Source: Azolla caroliniana
Lineage: Eukaryota > Plantae > Polypodiophyta
DNA: 19,824 nucleotides
Assembly (NCBI GenBank): GCA_043228905.1
Contig: JBHGNT010000590.1
Coordinates: 1 to 19,824 of the forward strand
Direction of reading: 5' to 3'
Position 1 is the first letter of the stretch. The number at the start of each line of letters is the position of its first letter. Below the pieces are notes generated by a model that saw nothing but the letters and a program-made list of their open reading frames with translations, made no database searches and had not been told where the DNA came from. Below, one piece after another: positions 9,918 to 19,057 of this stretch. A program made the position numbers and the translations under genes.

Positions 9918-10588
9918 GGGATTGAACCCATGGTTAAAGTAACCATAGTCACCTTAACCAATGTTGGTAACTTTGAGGATAGTTAGTTTGTAACCATAGT
10001 CACATTAACTATAGTAACTTATGATTGTATTAATGATTACAAAGTCAAACTAACATATTGATCAATCTTTTATACTCATAACAACCTACAATCACTTCAA
10101 AGGTTATGAAGGAGACAATGATAGAGGTTCATGAATGTACCAATGATTGATTACTAAAAGCAAAAAATTTTATGACTCTCAATAGTTATGTATTAAAGAT
10201 GTGGGCATGAATTAACCAATGATTGATAAGTCTAATATTTAAAATGGTGAGCATTAAAGAATCAATGAGTGAGACGTTCTATATCAAAATGGGTGTCATT
10301 AATTAGCCAATGATTTTAACATTAATCCAACATATTCAAGGCTTGTTAATGATTAGTTTTATATTTTACTTGATTTAACATCATTTAGATCTAGTTTATA
10401 TAATGATTGATAATTTAAGTTAAATTACTTTATTAAAAATAATTTTTAGATGTATTGTATTAATAGAATATTACATAATATAGACATTCTATTGATTTGG
10501 CTTTTGTTTAGAGAGAAGTTTATGTTTAGGGAGGAGTATATGGTTAGAGAGGAGTATAACTTAGAGAGCCCTATCTAGACCTTAAGCC

Positions 10589-13369
10589 ATGAGTGAAGAT
10601 TCACCGTTCTCGATTGAAGAATATTGTTTGTCATCAGACCCATCGTTTTCTACTGAAGAGTATTGTTTGTCAACAGAGTCACCATATTCGATTGAAGAAT
10701 ATTGTCTTTCGACCGACTCACCATATTCTATCGAAGAATATTGTCTGAGCTCATCTACAGGGAATGTAAATAATGACACATGTGAAGAGTTCTCTATTGA
10801 AGAATACGATATTAATAAAGATACCGAGAATGAAGGAAGTGCCCAGGAAACATTGAATAACATTGGCGATGGTCAGAACAGAGAATTAGACTGTAACAAG
10901 GTTACACCAACCTCTATGCAGGAAGAGAAATCTGGGAGCCCTATGCATATTAGAAGAATCCCACGAAGAATTTGTCTGGCTAGATTTAGCTTGGTGACAT
11001 CAGATAAACAAATTGGATTTGATGTCAACAAAATATGTTGTGCCCGTGGTTGTATGTCTATGATTGGAAAATCAAAGTTGCGAGAATTAAGGCGATACTA
11101 TTTTTCGATGACCGGTGATGAGCAAGACACTTACCTCGGATCACATATGCAACTAGTATCTGACAAATGTACGGGGATCAAAGTATCATTCGAGTATTAT
11201 ATCTTCCATGCGCAACAGATATGTAGAGTTGCATTCAAAATTGTGTTATGTGTTAGTAACATGCGGCTACATAAAGTACAACAACGTCTACTTAGCGGGG
11301 ATCAGATGCTCAATTGTAAAGAGGTTCCAAGTATGAAAGGTGCAATTGGAAGACTAGCTATTGGCTGGATGAAAACTTACTTTCAGTTAAATTGTGAAGT
11401 AATGCCCACTACAGGTAGGATGCATCTTTCTGATAATTATACCCGTCGGGAAGTTTATGATGTCTATCGATCTGATATGTTGGGCTCACGTAATAAGTCT
11501 ATCACATATAGCCAATTCACAAGATTATGGAGAGCTCGGTTTTCAAATGTTATTATTCCTCGTAAAGTACGTATGGGTTATTGCTCCATTTGTGCAAATC
11601 TTAAAAGTTTGGCTAAAGGTGCAAAGACATCAATGGAAAAGGATACGAGTAAGAAGTTACTACAAGAGCATCGTGAGGCACAATCCTTAGAACGAAGGAA
11701 GGCGATGCATCATAGAGAAAAGTGTTTGAAGAGGCCTGAACAATACATGTGTTTAATGATAGATGGCATGGACCAGAAGAAGACATGCTTGCCGCATATG
11801 CGGAGGCTCCCCAAAGATGTCAATGATGAGTGCCTTGTTCAAATGCACTTGGTGGGATGCTTGGCTTATAATAGGTCTGTTCGACCTCACGTCTTCATTA
11901 CTTACCCCAATGTTCACAATGACCCTAACCTAACAGTTACAGTGATTCACCGAGTTTTGATGTCTTGGGGACAACCTTTCCCCCCTGTTCTATACATTCA
12001 ATTGGACAATACTGCTAGAGAGAACAAAAATTCAACTGTATTTGGCTATCTAAGTATGTTGGTCAACCTAGAATTGTTTAGGAAAGTGAAAGTCAATTTC
12101 CTTTTGGTTGGCCACACACATGACCATATAGATCAGATGTTTAGCACATTCTCCAGACAGTTGTCTCGGCATGATGCTTTCACTTTACCTAAACTATTTG
12201 ATGTCATTTGTGATGCATATACACCACGCCCAAAAGTGTTACACTTGAAGGAGGTATATGACTTTAAGAGATATATATTAGATGGGGGTGGTGGGAATGT
12301 TAAAGTGCTTGCTCAGTTAAACAATATAAGTTTCAATCACATTTTTTTGATAAAGAAAAATGGAATAAGTGGTTCTACACTTTTGTATGCTAAACAATAT
12401 TCATCTTCTACAACATGGGAACCTGAAGGTGGTTGCCAGTTATTACTTTGTATGCCGAGTACAATTGTCCATGGAGCTAAGCAAATGCCAATTGAGAAGA
12501 AAGGACAGTTGCAAAGCGACTTGGTATTAGAACAAAAACGGTCATGGCTCCAAGCCTTAGAAGAAAAAAGAAAACATATTGAGGCCGCCAAGAAATATGC
12601 CGCACAACAAGACACGTCATGGTGGGATGTATTTTATAGTGATCAGAAAGAAATTATAGACAATTGTGTATCTGTTGATAATTGGAATTTGGAAACGCCA
12701 TTCACATGGTCGCTGCAACATGATCGCGTAAATAGAAGTCCGGAGCGACTAGTAAATGCGATTAATGACAGCTTGGTCCATCCACAACAAAGAGACATTT
12801 ATGTGGGACCAAGGATGACCAAAGCAGCCGAAGCTAGATGGCAAGGAAATTTGCAAGAGCTCACCGCGGGGATGTTGATTGCAACGCCGGCTGATGAGAA
12901 CTCACATGGCCACCAATTTTGGGTTGGTAAAATTCTAGAAGTGCTAATGCATGAAATAGAAAACACGATCAAGTCTATAAATGTTCATTGGTACAACACT
13001 AGAAGTGCAAATGCTTTTACAGGTAAGTATACATTGGAGATGATTGAATGCCAAACAAGAAGGGGAGGTAGGAAGAGGAAGCGAAACATTCGTAACACCT
13101 CGACCCTTGATATCTCTGATGTGGATATCATCGTGTACGACTTCACACTTACAAAAGCCGGACGATTAAGGAAGTCAACAATAGATATAATAAAAGAAAA
13201 ATTACCAGGTCTACAAGGTGGCTCGAGTCAAAGGCAAACGAGATCTGCTACATATAATCTAGAGTCAAACCATTTGGTTTATGACGAAGATAATGCACTG
13301 ATTGGTACATCCGAGGATGATGAGGAGGAATCGTCATTGTATATTAGTTATAGTAGTGATTCTCCGTAA
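10589..13369 (+). CDS. Sola-like DDD transposase (DUF7869-type RNase H-like core), intact 926 aa
   Basis: Cys-rich N region (CCARGC...EQDTYL...CRVAF), GYCSIC, and candidate catalytic motifs IDGMDQ (D ~11762), LYIQLDNTARENKN (D ~12005), FLLVGHTHDHIDQMFS (D ~12131); NLS-like RRGGRKRKR; lies inside TIRs with a 4-bp TSD. Confidence 0.85.
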   Translation: MSEDSPFSIEEYCLSSDPSFSTEEYCLSTESPYSIEEYCLSTDSPYSIEEYCLSSSTGNVNNDTCEEFSIEEYDINKDTENEGSAQETLNNIGDGQNRELDCNKVTPTSMQEEKSGSPMHIRRIPRRICLARFSLVTSDKQIGFDVNKICCARGCMSMIGKSKLRELRRYYFSMTGDEQDTYLGSHMQLVSDKCTGIKVSFEYYIFHAQQICRVAFKIVLCVSNMRLHKVQQRLLSGDQMLNCKEVPSMKGAIGRLAIGWMKTYFQLNCEVMPTTGRMHLSDNYTRREVYDVYRSDMLGSRNKSITYSQFTRLWRARFSNVIIPRKVRMGYCSICANLKSLAKGAKTSMEKDTSKKLLQEHREAQSLERRKAMHHREKCLKRPEQYMCLMIDGMDQKKTCLPHMRRLPKDVNDECLVQMHLVGCLAYNRSVRPHVFITYPNVHNDPNLTVTVIHRVLMSWGQPFPPVLYIQLDNTARENKNSTVFGYLSMLVNLELFRKVKVNFLLVGHTHDHIDQMFSTFSRQLSRHDAFTLPKLFDVICDAYTPRPKVLHLKEVYDFKRYILDGGGGNVKVLAQLNNISFNHIFLIKKNGISGSTLLYAKQYSSSTTWEPEGGCQLLLCMPSTIVHGAKQMPIEKKGQLQSDLVLEQKRSWLQALEEKRKHIEAAKKYAAQQDTSWWDVFYSDQKEIIDNCVSVDNWNLETPFTWSLQHDRVNRSPERLVNAINDSLVHPQQRDIYVGPRMTKAAEARWQGNLQELTAGMLIATPADENSHGHQFWVGKILEVLMHEIENTIKSINVHWYNTRSANAFTGKYTLEMIECQTRRGGRKRKRNIRNTSTLDISDVDIIVYDFTLTKAGRLRKSTIDIIKEKLPGLQGGSSQRQTRSATYNLESNHLVYDEDNALIGTSEDDEEESSLYISYSSDSP
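10598..10750 (+). repeat. Four 39-bp (13-aa) coding tandem repeats SP(F/Y)SIEEYCLS
   Basis: SPFSIEEYCLSSD PSFSTEEYCLSTE SPYSIEEYCLSTD SPYSIEEYCLSS, plus a partial fifth copy (FSIEEY) near 10790. Confidence 0.9.
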
Positions 13370-13691
13370 AGGAGTGATCATGAATGTATATTTGGCAATT
13401 AAGTGTAACTACATTCCGCTTGTAACAAATCGAGTAATATAAAATCATGTGTTTTGAATTCTTATGATTTCCCAAAAATCGTTTCTTATAAAATAACATT
13501 GGTTGTAAAGTTTGTGATATAAATTGAGAATGTATGTTTTTGAAATTCATCTTTTTTTAGTTACTTCTAAATCACGAAAATAGTGGATTTTTAACCTTTT
13601 TCATAGTATGTTTGAACTTGTATGATACTGGTATCAATGTGTTTTGTAAAATCATTGAAAAACCCCTAAAATTTCCCTTATCCTTCCATTT

Positions 13692-13727
13692 ATGCGCGAT
13701 CCTTCCACTTGTGAACGCGAACGTGTT
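13692..13727 (-). repeat. Right terminal inverted repeat (36 bp)
   Basis: atgcgcgatccttccacttgtgaacgcgaacgtgtt followed by TSD agaa. Confidence 0.92.
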
Positions 13728-13731
13728 AGAA

Positions 13732-13903
13732 TCATATTCTATGACACATAACTTATGAGCTTTCACATTCCGCATGCTCCATGAGGCTTGTAGTTAATGA
13801 AGAGAGAGGGTGACTACATAAAGCACCCTCCTCCCACCTTGTATAATGTTGAGTCTTTCTCCTTTGTCAATATACTTTTACCTTGTGTATCCTCTGTGTT
13901 TCA
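13732..13903 (+). mobile_element. Probable right part of the copia-type LTR interrupted by the DNA transposon
   Basis: Continues the target site by TSD logic; TATA-like ctacataaag ~13814 and a candidate LTR end gtgtttCA at 13903. The end position is a guess. Confidence 0.4.
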
Positions 13904-13945
13904 CTCTCTCTCTCTTACACACACACATAACTCACATCTCTTCCG

Positions 13946-14119
13946 CTTACCAACTGAGCTACATCCATCTCGGCTTCGAAACCCAATTTTACTCACCTCT
14001 GTATTATATACTCCATACATATCTCTTAATTCACTAGATGCCATTGTGGAATGTAGGGGTTGAACCCATGACCACCTGGTCTCCATTAGGCAACCTTACC
14101 AACTGAGCTACATTCATCT

Positions 14120-14122
<3 letters not shown>
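13946..14122 (-). mobile_element. tRNA-derived SINE-like repeat (full head ~14121-14048, body to ~13975, second partial head 13974-13946)
   Basis: Minus strand gaatgTAGCTCAGTTGGtaaggttgcctaatggagaccaggtggtcatgGGTTCAACCCctacattc: Pol III A and B boxes with self-complementary ends but no clean cloverleaf. Confidence 0.7.

Positions 14123-14167
<45 letters not shown>
14123..14167. repeat. (CT)n microsatellite at LINE 5' junction
   Basis: Perfect CT run. Confidence 0.95.
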
Positions 14168-14170
<3 letters not shown>

Positions 14171-14430
14171 GCTCTTTGTATGTTCACTCCGGCCATCGTT
14201 TTCTACGTTTTATAGCTCATTGAAAACCTCTTTAAGAGAGCTTTCTAACGAATGTTCATTTACTGAATTCCGTTACCGTGGCGAGAAGTTATGAGCATTT
14301 TCATCCGTATTCATCTTTGCCCCACGGTTCCTCAAACGGAAGGTAGATTTTGAAGCCCTAAATCGAGTGAAAGGTACATTCTCTCTCCTTCCCTCTCTGT
14401 CTCTCTCTTCCTGTAGGGTTTGTCCCTACA

Positions 14431-15300
14431 ATGGCAAATACTCGTAAAGCCGCCACAAAGTTCGGGGGTATGATTGATAATGAGCCGAGATCACCAACAA
14501 ATCTCGATTCTAATGCAATGGACAAAATGCTTATGAGTCACTTGATTTCTCTTCAAGAAACCATAAACAAGCAAGGTGAAGAGATTAGGACATTAATGAA
14601 AGAGAATGTTAAGCTCCAAAGTGTTGTCATTGAGAATGAAAGTCTTAAACAAGTGGTTGCAAAACATCAAGAAGAGATTCAAGAATGTAAAAGAGCTTCT
14701 TTGGAAACAAATGAGCGCCTTAACAAGATTGAGTTAAAGGAAGCATTAAAAGAAGAAAATTTGGACACGATGAGGTGGGATGTAAGTGAGATGAAAAATG
14801 TATGTACAACGAAGTCATGGGCCGATGTATGTGGTGGGGATGTGCAATCAAACTCATCTAATATGCATGTGATGCATCAAGAGAAGAATATAGAAAGCAT
14901 AGATGTCCAAGAATTGAAAGAACGTGAACGACGATCAAAGAACATTGTCGTTCGTGGGATTAAAGAAGAGAGTATGGAAACACCCGCATCCCTTGGAAAG
15001 GCCAATGGTGAATTTTTTAACATGCATTATGGGATGTCAGATGTGAATGTATATAGGGCACACCGAGTTGGGAAACATGGTGTTATTCGCTCCGGAGAAA
15101 GGCTTATTGTATGCACAATGACAGATGATACAAAGTGGCGGATTATACTCGAAAATAGTTGGGTATACTTCAGAGGTACACAATGCTTTGTGAGTGAAGA
15201 TCGTATTATCTCACAACAAAATGTTCATCGTAAAGCATATGAAGAAAGATTGAAAAATAAGGTTAAGGATGTGCCTAAAGATGGAAATGTAGGCAAATAG
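14431..15300 (+). CDS. LINE ORF1 protein (coiled coil + RRM-like domain), 289 aa
   Basis: Heptad-rich N half, KSWADV, RERRSKNIVVRGIKE, RAHRVGK and FVSED motifs typical of LINE ORF1; directly upstream of the endonuclease. Confidence 0.85.
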   Translation: MANTRKAATKFGGMIDNEPRSPTNLDSNAMDKMLMSHLISLQETINKQGEEIRTLMKENVKLQSVVIENESLKQVVAKHQEEIQECKRASLETNERLNKIELKEALKEENLDTMRWDVSEMKNVCTTKSWADVCGGDVQSNSSNMHVMHQEKNIESIDVQELKERERRSKNIVVRGIKEESMETPASLGKANGEFFNMHYGMSDVNVYRAHRVGKHGVIRSGERLIVCTMTDDTKWRIILENSWVYFRGTQCFVSEDRIISQQNVHRKAYEERLKNKVKDVPKDGNVGK

Positions 15301-18300
15301 GGACACGTGATCTATGAGACTAACCCACGCCTTTTACGACTATGCTTTTGGAATTGCAATGGATACCCATGGAATGCGTGATTTGGCATAGAGGAGTTCA
15401 CCGATGACTCAGATATCACACTCCTTGTTGAAACATGGGAGCATGATACTCAAAGGATTCAAGGTTTAGGAAACTATAATGTACACTCTTTGATATGGAA
15501 GAAAAATCCAAGGCAAAGAAGAGGACAAGGAGGGGTGGCATGTTTGATTAAGAAGGAAATAGAGAAATATGTGTCAATCATAAAAAATGATGAAAATAAA
15601 TGCTACATATGGCTCAAAATAGAAACACCTAATGATTTGCCCACTTTTGTAGTTGGATGTTACATTCCTCATCAAGATTCTAACTTTTATGCTTGTTTGG
15701 ATAAAGATCAACCGTTTGCCAATCTAGAAAATGATATTACTTATTTCAAATCCAAAGGGGAAGTTATTGTCTTTGGTGATATGAATGCTCGTACAAGAAG
15801 TTTCCAAGTTGATTCACAAGAATCTTTCATGCCACATATCTCAAATGTATAGTCGCTCTTCTAGCGATAAAAAAGATCTGGACCAATTTGGGAAGTTACT
15901 CCTACAAATGTGCAATAGTACCGGATTGCTTATTGCAAATGGTATTTCCTTATGGCCCAACACTAATGGTTTTACATGTAAAAAACACAACGGAAATAGT
16001 GTGATTGACTATGTGCTACTTTCTGAAGGTATTTTGGATCGTATACATAAATTCTCACTTGGTGAATGGACATCGGAATCCGATCATGGGCCTTTATGTA
16101 TTGATCTCAAATGTATGCATAGGTTTGATTGTGAGAAGGTTATTGAAGATAATAAACAACCGCACTTGAGCATGAACCTTAAGCAAGTACCCATGTATTC
16201 CAAGATGGTTGAGGATATGTTACAAATGACAAAGATACAACATGGTACCACACTAGAATGCAAATGGGAAGCTTTCAAGAAAGTCATTCTCTCATGTGCA
16301 AACAAATATTTTTCGACCAACCGCACATCTTGGAAATGCACCAAGAAACGTAGGAAAAAATAGTTTGATAAAGAATGTCGTGAAGCTCGAAAGTGCCTTA
16401 TGGTTTTGGATGTAGTTAAGGATAAAGAGAATTACCAAAAGCATTTGCATGAGTATAAAAGGCTTATTCAAAGAAAGAGAAGAATATGGGAAATTACTCA
16501 ACAATTTGTCCAAACGCAAGAGAAAGCACATGCATGTGCTAAAATTTGGGGAAATCTAAAGGGGAAATGTGTTGGGAGTTATGGTGACTTAACTCTTCAC
16601 GACTTGTCTATTCCTTGTAAGAATTTATATGAGTTATCTCTTGTCGGAAAGATGATGTGTTATGGTTCTCTTTCACATATGCCTCCCTTCTTTACAATTG
16701 AAGATATATGCATAGGACTTAAGAAATTGGCCTCTCGAAAGGCAAGCGATATTCAATGTATAAAGGCTGAAATGGTCAAATGGACGGGAAAGGAAGCACA
16801 TATATGGATAAGTGACATGTTTAATGATGCATTGCAACATGGTATGCCATACGATTGAACTACAAATTGGATCAAACCTTTACATAAAGGTGGAGATATA
16901 AATAATGTAAACAACTATCGAACCATCATGGTTGGCTCATTAATGGCAAAACTATTTGGATGTATAATGGAATCAAAGATAAGTGTATGGGCTGAAAAAA
17001 GTGGTAAGAGAGCTTATGGACAAGCTGGCTTTCGGAAACACCATAGCACCATTGATCACCTTATCACCCTTCGAGTATTAATGGAGGAAAGTCGCCTTAG
17101 AGGTAAAGGTTTATATTATTGCTTTGTAGACTTCAAGAAAGCTTTTGATATGGTACCTCGTGAGCACCTTTGGAGGCGAATGGAAGAACTTGAGGTGCTA
17201 AGTGAATATATCCTTGCAATTTCCCGAATTTATGAGAAGGTTATATGTTGTGTGCGCATGAGAGATAAACTTTCAGATTTTTTCAAAAGCACTATTGGTG
17301 TTAAGCAAGGATGCCCACTCTCACCAACACTATTTGGTCTATGCATTGATGAATTGGAAGAAATGGTTACCAAGTTTGCAAAGGAAGAACGTGTTGAAGA
17401 AGTTGCCGTTGGGAATGTTGTGATTATGCTTTTGCTATATGCAGATGATGTAGTGGTTTTTGGAAATACTTTAGGAGATGCACAAAAGCTTATGAAGGCA
17501 TTGGAAAAAATTTGCATGCATACTAAATTAAGTGTCAATAGCTCTAAAACAAAGATTATGCTTGTGAGGAGCCAAAAAAGAGATAAACCATGCATTATGT
17601 ACAACAATGAGACACTTGAATGTGTGGAAAGCTTCAAATATCTTGGCCTTGAAGTTCCTTCAAATCATAAATGGAATGAATGTGCTACACGCCGCTTAGA
17701 GGCGGGTAAGCAAGCATACTATGCATTTGAGAACACATGCAATCTTGGAGATATTAAGTGTTGGGTCCTCAAGAAATATCTTTTCGACACTTTGGTGACA
17801 CCGGTTCTTCTCTTTGGGGTGGAAGTATGGGGCGGTAACATCCCTAAATCTATGTGGAAAGAGTTTGAAAATGTCCAAAAACGTTTTCTTACCAAGTTTC
17901 TACAAGTTAAGAAACAAACGCCCTACACCCTCCTCCTCCTTGAGACGGGATCGCTTCCCATTAAGACCATGGCCATGGAAAGGGTTGTTGAATACATGCT
18001 TAAGGTTCAAAAAAGCCCCTCACATCGACTTCCTAGAATTGCATGGGAAGCAAGCAAAAAGATCCAAAAGACAAATAAAAGCAAAATTTTGTGTTCCGGT
18101 TGGATGCAAGATATAGAAAAATAGTTTGGTAGATGGGATGCGAGACACTTGCTTCATGATGCATCATTAGATTCCTCTGTAAATGAGGCCTTTTTGCAAC
18201 GCCAATGTATCATGACATGGGACAAATGTGAAGGCTCGCGCTTCAAACATTATACTACACATGTTGCACCTAACTACAAAACCATATTCTTTGCGGAACG

Positions 18301-18667
18301 GGGAAATCGTACACATCCATACATGTTATAGCCCATACTGTTATCTGCCATTCGAACCATTGCTTCCATGCGACTTAGCTCATATGCATTGCGATGTGAG
18401 CTAGGGCGTTGGGGCACAAGTGATGAAAGTGGTCGGCTATGCACACTTTGCCCTAAACAAGTTCGCGAGTCTGAGTATCACACTTTGATACAATGTTCTG
18501 CCTTTGATCATATCGACCATGATTTCCACATCTCTTCGATCGAGCCCAATCTTTGCATGAATTCCTCTCACAACCACAATGTGCACTCTCGATTGCAACA
18601 TTCATTGGTAAAGTTCTTGAACATCGAGAGTCACTACTCACTTTCACACGTATCACGTGAAATGTAA
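15301..18667 (+). pseudogene. LINE ORF2 (AP endonuclease - reverse transcriptase - CCHC), disrupted
   Basis: FWNCNG, LVETW, GQGGVA, FGDMNAR, SVIDY, SDH (APE); QAGFR, FVDFKKAFD, GVKQGCPLSP, LLYADD, FKYLG (RT); RLCTLC...ESEYHTLIQC. Stops at 15379, 16361, 16856, 18122, 18329; frameshifts near 15845 and ~18515. Confidence 0.93.
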
Positions 18668-18715
18668 TATTTTTGGTCTCATAGGTCATATTTGACCTCC
18701 GAACACGATAATATA

Positions 18716-18724
18716 ATCTCTCTT

Positions 18725-18793
<69 letters not shown>
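18716..18793. repeat. (CT)n microsatellite at LINE 3' junction
   Basis: Long CT run with a few CTTT units at its start. Confidence 0.95.
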
Positions 18794-18797
<4 letters not shown>

Positions 18798-18879
18798 ACC
18801 TTCTTGATAGGAATAGTGAATCTCTATCGTAATTAGCTTACCCTATTGGTAAGTTGTTACACTACAAGCCGCTTTTCTT

Positions 18880-19057
18880 GGGTTCGAAATCTAATTTTAC
18901 TCACCTCTCTATTATATACTCCATACATATCTCTTAATTCCCTAGATTCCACCCATGACCACCTGGTCTCCATTGGGCAACCTTACCAACTGAGCTACAT
19001 CCATCTGGGCTCTCTCTCTCTCTCTGCATACCTTCTTGATAGGAATAGTGAATCTCA
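18880..19057 (-). mobile_element. Second copy of the SINE-like/(CT)n unit (B box deleted); shows the LINE-free site
   Basis: 18880-19010 matches ~13972-14122; then a short (CT)n and gcataccttcttgataggaatagtgaatctc, the same 31-mer that follows the LINE 3' (CT)n at 18794. Confidence 0.8.

Larger units (their letters stand above)
4697..13727. mobile_element. Complete DNA transposon (Sola-like, 9,031 bp) carrying a transposase and a ParB-like/DNA methyltransferase cargo gene
   Basis: Left TIR aacacgttcgcattcacaagtggaaggattgcgcat (4697-4732) matches the reverse complement of 13692-13727 with 2 mismatches. Flanked by direct repeat AGAA (4693-4696, 13728-13731). Encodes a DDD-type transposase. Confidence 0.9.
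14167..18715 (+). mobile_element. Near full-length LINE (non-LTR retrotransposon, APE-RT type; clade not determined), decayed
   Basis: 5' UTR, ORF1 and ORF2 (APE, RT, CCHC), bounded by (CT)n tracts on both sides. Confidence 0.92.

Noticed and set aside
9416-9961. Short ORFs 9416-9628, 9621-9812, 9646-9891 and most of 9719-9961
   Set aside because: Translations of the palindrome array and 9-bp repeats; only 9757-9723 is used as an exon.
14048-14121. Functional tRNA gene
   Set aside because: A/B boxes are present but the D, anticodon and T stems pair poorly, and partial or deleted duplicates lie nearby; better treated as SINE-like.
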